Positions 23,223 through 36,041 of a stretch of DNA of 64,000 bases are shown here, one piece after another. Within the stretch, counting starts at the first letter, position 1. Each line of letters begins with the position of its first letter. The translations under genes and the position numbers were made by a program. Below the pieces are notes generated by a model. The model was not told the DNA's origin, ran no database searches, and was given only the letters and a program-made list of their open reading frames with translations. Origin of the DNA: Takakia lepidozioides (lineage: Eukaryota; Plantae; Bryophyta); contig CM060733.1 of assembly GCA_030704615.1 (NCBI GenBank), forward strand, positions 51,646,001 through 51,710,000, given 5' to 3'.

Positions 23223-25802
23223 GACGGGAGGCTCTTGTAGTGTAGCCTAGGTATAATTAGTTATCCTATCCGTGTAACCCTCTGTAACCCCAGTCTTTCA
23301 TGTAACTCTAGCTAGTCCATTTTATACTTGGACTTAGTCAAATTTCGAGACCAAGTGTTACACCGACTCCATTCTGTGTAACCCCAAGTGGAGTTACACA
23401 CCTCATCGTGTAACCCGGACTGGAGTTTACACTCTTTCAATTCCCTGTCACGAATTGACATGCCGGAAATTGGCGTACCATCCTGTCAGAGGTTGCACGT
23501 GTGCATTAAGGTCTTACATTATTTCTATTATCTTCTGTATGTATCCCCATATTCTCAACACTTCAATATTCATGTGTTTCATTTCTTCGCTGTGGAAGTG
23601 CTGATTTGTTCGTAAAAGACTGCCTAGAAATTCACTTTGTTGGCTCTCTTCTAGAAAGAGACTACGCATCATGTTCTAGTTAAGGAGAAAATGTGGTGAA
23701 AGGACCTTACAAGGTGTCAAGGCGCCAATTGGATTGGTGTTGTGCTGAGTGATGCTCCTAGACTTATAAATTTTGTCAAAGAAAATAAGGGTCCCAAATT
23801 CTGGCAGGGCTATTCCTCCTGAAGGTCGAAAAAAGAGAGAGGATTGGAGCAACTGATGGTAAGAGAGGAGGGCCCACCCTCCTAGGGGTGTGCTAGCCTC
23901 TACACGTGGCCTCCCATTTCACCCATTACAACCAACACAGGTGCTTCTAGAGCTTTCCAAAGTAGGATGAGGCGTGGGCCCCCTTCTAGAAGGCCTAGGG
24001 ATCAGGGACAGATTTCAGGGCGCCCCTAACTGACAGCTGTCTTTTCCTACAGCGGGCCCGTAACCTCACAGAAAATTATTTCCTTCCATCCAAACTAAGT
24101 TAGATTTTAAGAGGGGGAATGATTTTTGACATTTCATCCAAAACCTATATTAATGGGCCATTCACTTTGTCATGGGCCCACAACAATTGGTGCCAAAGAC
24201 TTCTAGAGGGGTGAATGGAAATGTGTCCATGGAACCACCCCCCTCTCATTTTTAAGGGGCGATTCCTTCCTAGGGCGCCCCGCTTGGGAGTGCCCATGGA
24301 ACCCGGTCCTTATAATATTCAGATGTGGCCCAAAATGAACACTTCCTAAAAATGAAGAGCATAAACAACCAAGAAATTTGCCAAAATTTGGGCAAAATAT
24401 TTTCATCGCATGAGAAATTGTATACCTCACATGATAACACACCTACCTTGAAATTTTCACTATTTTCTGATTTTATTTTTTTCGTGTGGGTGTTTTGTAC
24501 TCACAAATTCGGGGGGGTCAAATATGGGGGTTGGTCTGTGAGTACAGCGTGAGCACAACCCACGGTCATGGGAGTTTTATGTTTTTAAACCTCGGTCCTA
24601 TGAGTTATATATTTTCAAAACGGAATAAAACCATAAGCAGGTATAGAGGACTGGTGCATTTGTACGGTATATTTGCGCCAATTCAGCAAGGCAAAACCTT
24701 AAGCAGTGTAGCTAGAAACCCTAAACCTATAGCGGTGGCGGTGAATTTCACATTGAGAAATGATATGTGATATGGACACAAACCTAAGCAGCGGTGGGTT
24801 TTGCATTAAGAAACCCTTAGTGGTATAGCTCAGGTCGATACTTTCCACCACGAAATCCCATCACCCAACAATCCCACATCCAAAAGGAATGGGTGGGGGC
24901 TTTAAAAGTGACATATTCATTTTTTTAGCTACATTGTGATTTCTTCTTAGGCTGGTTTTGCCATGCGAAATTATCCATGGGCGAGGACCTTAAATTTGAG
25001 GTAAAGCCTCACCGCCCACTCTCGCGTTTGTAGAAAAAATCATGCCTATAGGGTAACATGTTCATCAGGTATAGGGACTACTTGTTCTTTATATGTTCAT
25101 TTCGCATAATTGTTAGTTTCGCCAATTTCGTTTCGTTGTGGAAATGTCACGGAAATTCAGGAATATGCCCTTGTGCTCAGCGTGAGCATGCTCACGCGCT
25201 ACTCAACCTCGTCAAAAATCCAATTTGAAGTGGGCAAGCCAACATTTGGGCTTCGAAAATTACGTAGGACAAGTCTACTGTCCAATTTACAATCGCAGTG
25301 GTCCACATCAGCCCCTCTTTTTTAGGCAAAAAAAAACAAAATAGCACCAAAAAAAAAGGGGCCCCCGACACCCCTTTACGATTTTCGGGGGCAACATCTA
25401 AATTTATCGTCCAAACGAGGCAGGGCCCTCTGGCAGCTGGTGCCAAAAAGCACCAGGGGGACCCTGCGTTTTTGCCTGAGAACAGGCGGGCACGACGCCC
25501 TAAATCCAAGGGCTGGCGCCCCATCGAGTCGGGGGCCAGCCAAATTTTTCCATGTGCACCACCTTCCACCGTCAGATCCCTAGATAGAGCAGGGTGGAGG
25601 GGCTGGCCGTCGCCTGAACGCTGTGTTCCCCGAGGAGATGGTGTCGCCTGCTTCGATCGTGAGGTGCTGAGGCTTGTCGCCAGGTATTAGGGTGCTGCTA
25701 CAGTCGACCCTAGATAATTGTTATGCCTATAGAGCAAAAAAATTATAACATATCTGCTATCTTTTATCACATATCAAACATTATGTTTTTTTTAATAAAA
25801 AA

Positions 25803-26545
25803 ATTACCTCAACAATAGTTTTTGAGGGATGTAAAAAACAATTGTTGAGGTAATATCTATTTTCAAAACCATTATATATATATTTTTTAAAACTACCTCA
25901 ACAATAGTTTTTGAGGGAGGTCAAAAATAATTGTTGAGGTAATATCTATTTTCAAAACTACTAGGGTAGCATGTGCCATATCGAGGCCCAAGTGCGACCT
26001 CTAGGGTAGCCTCTGCTGTTGGCCCACGGGTCCAATATCATCCAAGTCCAAATGCATTTTTTTTCCACAAAGCGTACGCCCAGATTTGAACCGGAGACCT
26101 TTCCCTTGATATCTCTCCATTCGAGGCTCCAACCATTGTCCCAGGAAAGACCACTTTCCAATTTTTCGGGAATTTCCAATGACACAAAGTACTTGAAATT
26201 CCACATCTCCCACACCGCGGGTCCAAAAATCCTGAGACCAAGCTTGTGCAACCCTCATCATTGAGGGTTTTCCAATGGTACCAAGCACCAAGGCTGGGCC
26301 TCGCGGTTGGGGACATCTTAAATCTACAAAACAAAACAAACGTCTCGATTCATATATTGATTATGTTTTTTAAAATAAGAAAACTCAGACCTCAACAATA
26401 GTTTTTAAGGGAGGTCAAAAACAATTATTGAGGTAATATCTATTTTCAAAACTATTCTGTTTTTTAAAAAAGAAAATTACCTCAACAATATTTTTCGAGG
26501 GAGGTCAAGAATAATTGTTGAGGTAATATCTATTTTCAAAACTAT
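25803..26545. repeat. Four ~90-bp tandem units with internal inverted repeat (ACCTCAACAAT...ATTGTTGAGGT), split by a Helitron
   Basis: Units at ~25803, 25893, 26388, 26476. Confidence 0.9.
25961..26360 (-). mobile_element. Non-autonomous Helitron (400 bp)
   Basis: 5' TC, 3' CTAG, inserted between A and T without TSD; removal restores the host repeat unit. Confidence 0.85.
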
Positions 26546-26599
26546 TATTTTTTCAAAACCATTACGTTTATGTTATGTTTTTGTTTTCAAGTGTAAATT

Positions 26600-28185
26600 T
26601 TTACAGAGCCAAGATTTCATAAGATTAAGGATAACATAACAAAAAAGTAGATAACATTTATCCAAGGTCGACTGTACAAAACTTTGGAGCGGAACTTGCA
26701 GACATGATGGAAACAAAGGGTCTGAAAATGCTCAAGAATGTGAAAACTTGGTGGGTTTTGATCATTGAGCCACTCAAGAGGATTTTGGCAAAGTATAGAC
26801 CCCTACTGGCCAAAATGAAGTTTGACAGTGTTGACAATAAACCTGCTAAGGTAAGCAATTCAGATCCTGTACCCCATGGTTTGTATGTTTTTTTCCTTCG
26901 TAGATCGACATTTGTAGGTTATAAAATGGTTTTTTGTTGTGGCATGTGGCAGGCCTTGCTGGGCTTGTTGTGTGACCCATATACTTTGTTGGGTATGTGT
27001 TGTATTCTTCCTCTTCTCGAGAGCATTGACTGCCTGGTGCAGTTTGCACAATCCCAAAATGTTTTCATTTGTGACATGGTTGCAGCAATTAAGGTCTGCC
27101 AAGGCCAATTGTACTATTTGTATGTTGACCGGGGCACTGCCTTTGTAAGTGACGAGTTCTGGTCATTTAAGAGTTTGCTGGACTGTAGACATGAGACAAT
27201 TAACCTGAAATGGGTGGCTAACTTGAATGACAACTCCTCCCAATTGGCTTTCATTGTGAATGGTGAGGCCATTTGGGTTGACCATGTGAATGGTGCAACC
27301 ATGCCCAATGCCAATGTGGCTGCCCGTGGGGCCAATGGATGTGTGGAGGCTGAACCTACCCCCACTTTTGATGAAGTTGCCCCACAGTTGGGAAACAACT
27401 ATGTTAACAATGATGCATGGAACCTCTTCGTGGCCCAAGTGAAGATGGAGTGTTCAGATGAGACAAATCAGCCTCTTCACTGCTGATTTCTGCTCTTATT
27501 CTTGTCATCCTGTAATGGTTTAGTCATTTAAAGCCGGGGGGGGGGGGAGAGAGCTGCAGCACTGGGCATGACTTAGCGCTTTGAAATTAAAAGGTTTTTG
27601 TATGCTAACATGTGTGGGCTTGTGGGTGTGCAGCTGCAGCGGAGTAGCTTGTAGCAAAGCTCAACCTGAGATTCCCCCAGCGGGCAGTGCTTGATGCCAT
27701 GGATATAGTATATCCACAGTATTGGTTGCAAGTAGGTTGTGATGACAGTTTTCCAAAGCACCTTGATGTGTTGAAGTATTGGTATGGTGAAGCACGTGTG
27801 TTTGACATGGGGGCAGAGAAGAAGACAGTTTTGGGCTTGCTCAATCTCTGGGACCTTGAATCCCAGCAAAATATGTTCAAGTTATGCATAAAAAACAATG
27901 CCTTGGCTGCCATGGAGCCCCCGTTTGACATCAATCCTCTCACGAAAATTTGATGCTTCTAGAGTACTAACACATTCGTTCCTCGAGTATATGCAACTTG
28001 CAGAAATTGCCATGGTGCATGTGTTGGGCAGTGTTGAGGACGAGCGCTGTTTTTCCTCTCTTTCATTTCTGAAGAACAAGCTGCGGTCTGGTTTGGATCC
28101 ACATCAGCCGGTGGTTGTGGGAATGTATGGCCAAAAGTTCTTTGGCCTTGAGGATTTTCCCTATGAAGCCTGTTTTGACAAGTAG
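26600..28185 (+). pseudogene. hAT transposase of ZNF862-like type, 3' part, with introns
   Basis: KMLKNVKTWW (TRW-equivalent), LVQFAQ..FICD, LAEIAMVHVLGSVEDERCFSSLSFLKNKLR; frameshifts. Confidence 0.8.
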
Positions 28186-29138
28186 AACGGAGCTGTGCCA
28201 CGTGGGCGTTATGGAGTCTCTTCGTAGAATTAGACATTGGTATCTTGTAGTGTTGAGAACTTTGTTTAGCTGCTGTGATTCCTCCCTTTGTTTCCATCAT
28301 TTCCGCAAGGATAGTGAGATTCCCTCGGTTCGCATACCTAAGGCATTCAGACTTGTTCCTCTATTCATACCATGGTGGCTCGGATGCATTTTGGACTTGT
28401 TTGGCAAGTGCCCACTATCATTTAAGTGGGCTATGGTGTCCGCCTCCTTCGTTTTCTATCTTATGACAGTAGTGCCAGTTTGCTGTCTGAAATTAGGCTA
28501 AGGTGCCTGAGACTATGTTTTTTCATTTGAATGAGTGGTGCCATTTTGCTCTATGAATTTGAGCAATGGTGCCCGAAGTGCTACCTTGGGTTTTTCATGG
28601 TAGCCAGTTTGCCACAATACAAAGGGGAATTTCGCCCAATATTGCTGCCTCAATTTGACATGTGTCACCTACATAATACTTTAGTTATGAAAAATTCGCC
28701 ATATTGCACAATATTTGTCATATGTGTAGCTAGGTGGATTCCAGGTGGACATAAGACGTGTCGCCACCTCTGCACTCACCCCCCAAAATATATCGCCACT
28801 GGAACGCCCTTGCCAAAATGAAAAAAAAAAATCACACATGATATAAAGTAGTACATATGCTCAGTGATATCAACAACACTCATTTTCAAGTGGAAATAGA
28901 ATCTATAGATAATCTGTTGAGATTCTGAAGTTTACAAAACTGAAAATAATTAACATAATGTCATATCGCAACATACAGTTAATAGAAATATTCTACATTT
29001 CATATGAAATCAAGTTTTTTTTAAAAAAAGTTAAGGAATTACAATAAACGTATGCATTGATCATCTATGTTTAATTTTAGTTGAAAAATAAAAACACTAC
29101 TAGCTCGCCCTTGTGTTGTCTTTTCTTAATAAAAATAA

Positions 29139-29802
29139 TCAATATATGAAGGAAGCCAGTTTGTTTGTTTTGTATGTTTTGTCACGTTGAGATGTCTCGA
29201 ACCGCGGGGCCCCAACCTTGGTGCTTAGTACCATTGGAAAGCCCTCGACGAGGAGTGGTGCACCGATCTGGTCTCATGATTTTTGGACCTATGGTGTCGG
29301 AGATACGGAATTTCAAGTACTTTTGTTCGCTGGAAATTCACAAAAACAGTAAAGTGGGCTTTCCTGGATTTTCCTAGAGCAATGATTGGCCCTTCAAGTG
29401 GGAGATTTGGAATTTCAAGTACTTTTTGTCGTTGGAAATTCCCAAAAATAAGCAAAGTGGATATAGCAATATATGAAGCCTGGACACGGGAGAGTGTAAA
29501 AATAGCAAAGTGGGCAATGACATGGAGATCTCCCAAACTGCGGATCTTTGGATACATAGGGGATTGCACTTGGACTTATTAGATGATAGTGGAGATTGGA
29601 GGTCATACTTGGGCCTCTACATGGGATAAGCACTTGGATACATAGGAGATTGCACTTGGGCTTAGATTTCAATTCTTCACATATGGGCCAAATGGCACAT
29701 GCTACCCTAGATCTCCCAAATTGTAGGGTCTCTCGATATATAGGGATTGCACTTGGACTTAGATGACACGACACTTGGGCCAACGGCACAAGGCTACCCT
29801 AG
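29139..29802 (+). mobile_element. Non-autonomous Helitron, same family as 25961-26360
   Basis: A|TCAATATATGAA start, shared GTACCATTGGAAA and GGAATTTCAAGTACTTT, hairpin CTTGGGCC-AAC-GGCACAAG then CTAG|T. Confidence 0.85.
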
Positions 29803-31083
29803 TTACATTTAATCAATATATGAAGCAAGGTCATTTATTCATTAATTTGTGTATGGATACTTTAGACATTGGCTAATCTAAGAAGAATTTAAGTTTTGTC
29901 ATATGTTTAAGTTGCCACTACTTACCATTGGACACATTACACCAAGTTTATTTGGTCATCCCAATGAGAGGAGCGGCTAAACTGGGTTTGAACCCTTGAT
30001 TTCATGGTCTTTGTCTAAAGTGGGCCTTTAGATTCGCTCCTCCACTGCCCACTGACACCTGTACAATACCAGCCCTTCTAGAACACTCTAGAAGCATCAT
30101 ACTATTTCCTACTAACCTGCTCTGCTCGACACATGCCCTTCCTAATAAGCCATTCCTACGCCTTTCGACCCATTGGCTGCTCAAGAACTTGGGACCCTTG
30201 TTTATTTATTTATATGGTTTGTAAATGATCATGCTGAGGTCCGGTCACAACAAAAGAACCCAGGCTACAATCCCCCTGTTAAAAAAAAAGAAAGAAAAAA
30301 GAACCCGGTTTTTTGTGACTTCATCCATAACTTTGAAATCACGAAAGTCCCCTCGCAAAAAGGGTTGTCTCCCCAACAATCATATACATATGCTTCCATG
30401 ATTCTTTGATTTGTGAGATTATAGTGATAAGGCATGTTTTTTATTCTTTTTTATTTTTTTTTGAAAAGGGAGTGGACACGTGGACACCCTTGAACTTTAT
30501 AGAAAAAGTGGGAACGAAAAGGCCCATGGGAAGGCATGCTAGTGTAGCACCTTGCATTTGCAAGGGTAAGTTTGCTATTTGGCATGTGATACGCGGAGTG
30601 TTTATTTAAGAATAATTGCATGAGATATTTATTATTTCCATGTGAGGAATAGGTAGCTATGGATAGGACTCAATTATATGTCTTTACGGCATTATGATTA
30701 GGTAGGTTTAATAAAAGTTAAAGAAAAACCAAGATTTTATAAATAAGGGGATGAAATAAAACCCAATATAGCCATGAGACACTACACACCCGAAGGCGAA
30801 TGACGAACCCATAACCACATGAACGCTGAGCAAGGCCAGCAAAGAAGGCTTTTATGTTAGGGTTTTGTCTGTCTGTATGTTTGTTTTGTTTTGTTTTGTT
30901 TTTTTTTTCCTTTAGTCACATTTGGCTTCTATGATTCAACATTGTCATATATGTCAAAAAGCCACTGGGTCCCTTGATGGTTTTAAATGATATATAAGAA
31001 ACCTTTACCCAAAAAAGGTGCACTCAAAACTATAGCACATTTTCCACTAGGAGCCTTGGTATTGTAATGGATTAAAGACACCC

Positions 31084-31498
31084 AAGGCCACCGCATTCCC
31101 AGATGGATAGGTACCACTAAGTAAACGGATAGGGATCACTAAGAGCATGTTTGATCGGAAACTCTGTATTATTTGTCTGGCACTACGAGGGGCACACAGC
31201 CATTGTGTGTTGCAATCGGTGCGGCTGGGCTTTGCCGTCCGCCAAATTTTAAGAATTTGGATGGTATTGATGGAACCGTACTACCAATCCTTAATTATTA
31301 TTTTGTAATTTCTGCCCACATTTAGCGAAATCATGTAAGGCCACCGCATTCCCAGACGGATAGGTACCACTAAGTAAACGGATAGGGATCACAAGAGCAT
31401 GTTTTGATCGGAAATTGTGTATTATTTGTCGGGCACTACGAGGGGTACACAACAATTGTTTGCTGCCATGGGTGCGGCTGGGCTTTGCCGTCCGCCAA
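31084..31498. repeat. ~160-bp direct repeat (31084-31246, 31337-31498) plus partial third subunit
   Basis: AAGGCCACCGCATTCCCAGAYGGATAGGTACCACTAAGTAAACGGATAGGGATCAC in both copies. Confidence 0.9.
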
Positions 31499-31989
31499 CA
31501 CAGCCACTGTGTAGTATTTGTCGGGAACTACAAGGGGTTTGTTGCAGTCGGTGTGGATTTGCTTTGCCGGCTGCCCACAGCCAAGTGTCAGCACCGGAAA
31601 TGTGCAGGCGCCGTCCACTGTGTGGTTTTGGCATACTCTCCCCCCTTCAATATTTGGACTATGGTTGATGGGACGGAGCCATGTTTTTTTCTCGGGCGGT
31701 AAGTCTGGGATTCCCATGACACTTTTTCGCCCAAAGATGCACTTCCCCAATCAACTCCGCATGTGGCCCACAAGTAATTGGATATGTTGGTGCAGATATT
31801 CCGATGGTTTAAAGTTTTGACATGCCCCGTCTTTGGATGTGTGCGGCACATATCACGAAAGAATGGAAGAGTGAGGAAGGAGGTGGTCCCATCCAAAGTA
31901 ATCAACTTGGACTCACCGCTTTGCTATCTTCACACTTCAAAGTTGGACGTAATCTGACTTTGATAGGGCCCACCCCCCCCAAAGGCGCA

Positions 31990-32023
31990 GTAGCCGCAAG
32001 GCGAAGTGGCTCTTTGTTACTAG
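31990..32023 (+). mobile_element. Probable Helitron 3' terminus
   Basis: Hairpin AGCCGC...GTGGCT, then CTAG|T 8 nt later. Confidence 0.45.
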
Positions 32024-32067
32024 TTACGCCAGCTTCGGCCAGAGTCTTCTCTCTCTAAGCACTTGAG

Positions 32068-32140
32068 CAGGTAGCCCAGTGGTTGGGTGTTTGTGCCTTG
32101 CCTGTGCGTAACCTAGGTGATCCTGGGTTCAATCCTTCAA
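32068..32140 (+). other. tRNA-like Pol III A/B box segment (SINE-like)
   Basis: TAGCCCAGTGGT and GGTTCAATCC about 40 nt apart; no acceptor stem. Confidence 0.45.
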
Positions 32141-32244
32141 CATGTGCCTTCAGACCGTCCATTGGGCTCGATGGCCTGTGTGTTGAGCAGTAGGCTCTCT
32201 AAATTCACTCGACGTTTTGAAGAAACTTTATCTTTATCTTTATC

Positions 32245-32950
32245 TAATCCGTCCGATTCATTGTAAAAAGTGATCTCCATAGGTGTCATTCAGGATGGAC
32301 TCCCCCCCTTCACATTTCACAGTTGGACGTAATCCATCCGATTCACTATAAGAAGTGATTGCCGCATTGGCGATGGATTTCCGGGTTCAAAGTTTAAGGT
32401 TGGACTTAATACATCCGATTCACTATAAGAAGTGGTTGCAGTAGGAGGCATTGGCGATCGATGTCCGGGTTCACATTTAAAGTTGGACGTAATCCATCCG
32501 ATTCACTATAAGAAGTGATTGCGGTAGGGGTCATTCATGATGGATTTCCCGGCTCACATTTAAAGTCGGACGTAATCCATCCCATTCAATGGATAAAGTG
32601 ATTGCCGTAGGGGTCATTCATGATGGACTTCCCGGTTCAACATTCAAAGTCGGATGTAATCCATCCAATTCAATGTATAAAGTGATTGCCGTAGGTGTCA
32701 TGCATGAAAATCAAGTTGGACTCCCCCTGCTATGATGTTGGACCAAAAACAAGAAAAAAGGAAAAGAAAAGTCGGATGTAATGCATCCAATTTACAGTTA
32801 AAAGTGATTGCCGTAGGACGACGGAGTCCTTGGTTCACATCCATCCAATTCACTGTAAAAAGTGATTGCCATGGGTGATGGACTCCCTGGTTCGAAATTC
32901 AACGTTGGACGTAATACATCCCATTCACCGGAAAAAAGTGATTGCCATGG
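32245..32950. repeat. ~80-bp minisatellite, about 9 diverged units
   Basis: AAGTYGGAYGTAATCCATCCRATTCA...AAGTGATTGC at ~32321, 32398, 32481, 32563, 32647, 32769, 32903. Confidence 0.9.
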
Positions 32951-33539
32951 TATCCAGAATTCCAAAAAAGGGTGGGGTATGGTTTAGCCACTCATTGAGT
33001 GGAGGTGTGGGTCCAAAAGCCAAATAATTCAAATACTGTATTTACGGCTATACTCTTGCAGGCGACCTGCCAGACTCCTCAGTTGTCTTTTTGGGCTATT
33101 TATGGCTACAATAAATAATAATAATAAAATGGCCGGGGACTTGCACTATTTATGGCCATAAGAAATAAAATAAAAAACAAAAGAAAATAGCCATGACGAG
33201 GTGTCGGTCAACATTTGCACTCCTATTCAGTGAATTAATATAAATTAAAATTAAAATGATAAACGGATTCCACCTACTACTCCTCACATCATTATTTATT
33301 CCCATTTAGACAAATACATAAAGATAAAGAAATAAAAACAAAAGCATGTTACGAAGGCTTACGAGGGGAGTGCCACGATTGTGACACTTGGAATATGGTA
33401 CCACCCTCCTACAAATTCAAACATTTTAATTTAGAAGATTCTTGTTTTCAAAGCCTTTGGGTAAGAAAACGACCAAAACGTTAACCCGTAGGTAACGCCC
33501 GGTAACTAGTAAATTCGCGAGGGCGGGGTGGACATAAGG

Positions 33540-36041
33540 GACACCAGCGCTCTCTCTGTCTCTCTCTCTCTCGCTCGCTCGCTCGTCTCTGCGCGCCTTC
33601 GATCGTGTCTTGGAAGGAGGCGGATCGGAGAGGCTGCACACGCAGTGTGAAGAGGCGCCAGGGATGTGCAATTTGAGCTGCAACGGTGAGTAATACCGCC
33701 TTTCCAATTCATCATTTTCGTGCAGTACATTTTTTCCGAGTCCTCTATTCTCGCTGAAGGTGGTTTGGTGCAATCGGCACTCCCAAAGACTGCTGTCGCG
33801 CAGAGTCTTCCTTTTTTCGACGCTCTTCCAGGATTTTCTCTTGCCTGATACAGAGTAAGAACAGTAGTGCTCTAGCGCTTCGCCTCGCTAGTTTCGAGTA
33901 GTCTCATTGGCAGACTGGTGTTGTCCAGAGCGTGTTGTCGCCTCTCTGCGCTTCGGTAGCAGTCACTTGTGGTTTTCACGTGCGGTACAGTCTCAGGCTA
34001 GCTTTGGTGAACTCTCTTTCTGCATTGGTGAGTTCCGCTCCTACTGCCACTATTGAGACTGCTGCTTCGTTTTCTCTTTGAACTCTTGTAACTTGAAATC
34101 CTTTTTTGTGCCATTCACACATGTATGTCTCCTGGTGTGGCCCTCCTTTGGAGCTGGCTGTTCTGCTCGCAATTGTTTTGCCGAGAAGAGAAGTTTGATG
34201 TCTCTCGAACTTTTTGTTTATAACTTAGTAATGCGTGGCATCTCGTTGCCAGCTGCAATCTCTCGCAGTGTTCTAGGTCCTCCGTCTCATTGCCATGTAG
34301 GAGAGGCAGATCTCTAGGGAATCTCCAAAGACCGGTCAATTTTCAATATGCCTGTAGGCCAATGCAGAGGCGAGAACATGGTTGTCGAAGAAGTAATATC
34401 TCCCGAATGTTAATGGGACATTATGCACAAGAGATAACCTTGCTCTGAACGGGGTAAGGCTTAAGTCCTGACTTAACAGAAAAGTCAGCCATCGAGTCTA
34501 CAGTCGTAGATGCAAACTTGCAGCTGCTGGGAGGTCGTTAGTACTGTGACGGCATGGAAACCTGTCTGGTTCACGAGATCAGAAGAGTAGTAATTCTAGT
34601 TGACTTTCGACCGGTAGCCAGACTTGTAAGACTATTGAACTGTCAAACCAATTATTCTGAATTGAGCTAATATTTGCCCAGCACGGTACCTAAGCTAGTA
34701 TTAAGGGAGAGATAAGGGAGCTCTTGAGGTCCATGTGGATACAGAGCCGAATGCGTTGTTTTATCATCAACCGGCGTGATCTGGGTGGAAGTCACCGATG
34801 TAAGCCTGAGCAAAGAGTGCGGCTCGAGGTATAGAAGTTGGAATATAAAAGCAAGTTCATGATCAATGCTCCCTTCGTTGAAACCTAAGCAAAAACAGTC
34901 AAACCACCTGTCGAATGCAGTGTGTACAGATTCCCAATCGATAAGAAAGCTTTCGACGCAACATCGTACAGGTATTGCAAAGTGGTAAGGTCTTCAGCAT
35001 TTCAATGTATGTACATACATGTATGTATGTAAGCCTTCTGGAAGACAATCTGTGGTGGCCTTGCTTATCTCAGGATTGATTTTCAAAGGACCGCAGCAGC
35101 TAGTAGCCTCCATTCTGAAGCAATCTCGAAGTTGCTGTCCCGCACAATGACCACCACAACAACAACAAGGAAGGCGACTTTGGAGGTCTTTCTCTGACCA
35201 TACTTCCCTCTCTGTGCATCTACGTATCTCTAAGTAAGTTGTGAGATCAACTTTGTACATACAATTCTTAATGTTCCATGAACGCTGTACCGGATGGTTG
35301 TAGGAGCAACCTATTTTAAGTGCTTGTAGAAATATATTGTCAGACATTCTTGAGAACTTCCATGAGCTGAGACTCTACAAGCATCTTGAGACATCGATCA
35401 AATCATATTGTAATTGACTGCTAGAAACCTGTGGAATTATTGCGGGACCACACTCTCGATGCGTTGTCTTCTTCCTCATGAAAATTCAGTAAACAAGGTT
35501 GAAGGCCCATGATCTTGATATACCTAGTGATCCTTGTTTATGCAAGAAGTGCGATTCTGTGGATGACAATATCCAATCGTAGACCTGTGTATTAACAGGG
35601 TTCTCTTGGATGTAACTTGGTGTCATCCGCACAAGTTCCTTTAGTGTACCGCTAACTAAAGATGTGATTCTTGTCTGACGCTGTTCTGCACTTCTATGGC
35701 GCGGAGCTATGCTATGTCCCCCTCTTGCGCATTTTGCTCGCATCGGGGCAATGCCGTGGCGTATGTTTTGCTAAATGTTCTGTGCACTGTGAGATTCTAT
35801 TGTCGCAAAATACCAAAGGGAATAGGAAAGGTTTTGCATAGTATGTGTGTGTGGCGGACGGGAGACAATGCACTGGTCCAGTGCTCTTTTATCGATCGAA
35901 GTTCGAGGACTTACGAGAGCTCAGAATGTTGAAATGTGTGCAGGAGGGGCATGTGGGTGGTCATCGTAGATACGAGAATGAAATGGAATTCATGTAGGAT
36001 CGGAGGTTCAGATCATAAACGCGCAAGATAAGGTTACGGAG
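33540..36041 (+). promoter_or_regulatory. Probable spliced 5' leader of the DUF4228 gene
   Basis: CT-rich tract ~33550, GTGAGT donors at ~33686 and ~34028, TGCAG acceptor at ~35943. Confidence 0.45.

Noticed and set aside
25421-28810. TIR pair for the second hAT
   Set aside because: CAGGGCCCTC and AAGGGCGTTC match too weakly; no TSD.
31084-31150. 5S rRNA/Cassandra-like sequence
   Set aside because: Only a few bases resemble 5S; no internal promoter boxes.
32245-32950. CRISPR-like regular repeats
   Set aside because: Whole units are homologous, with no unique spacers.
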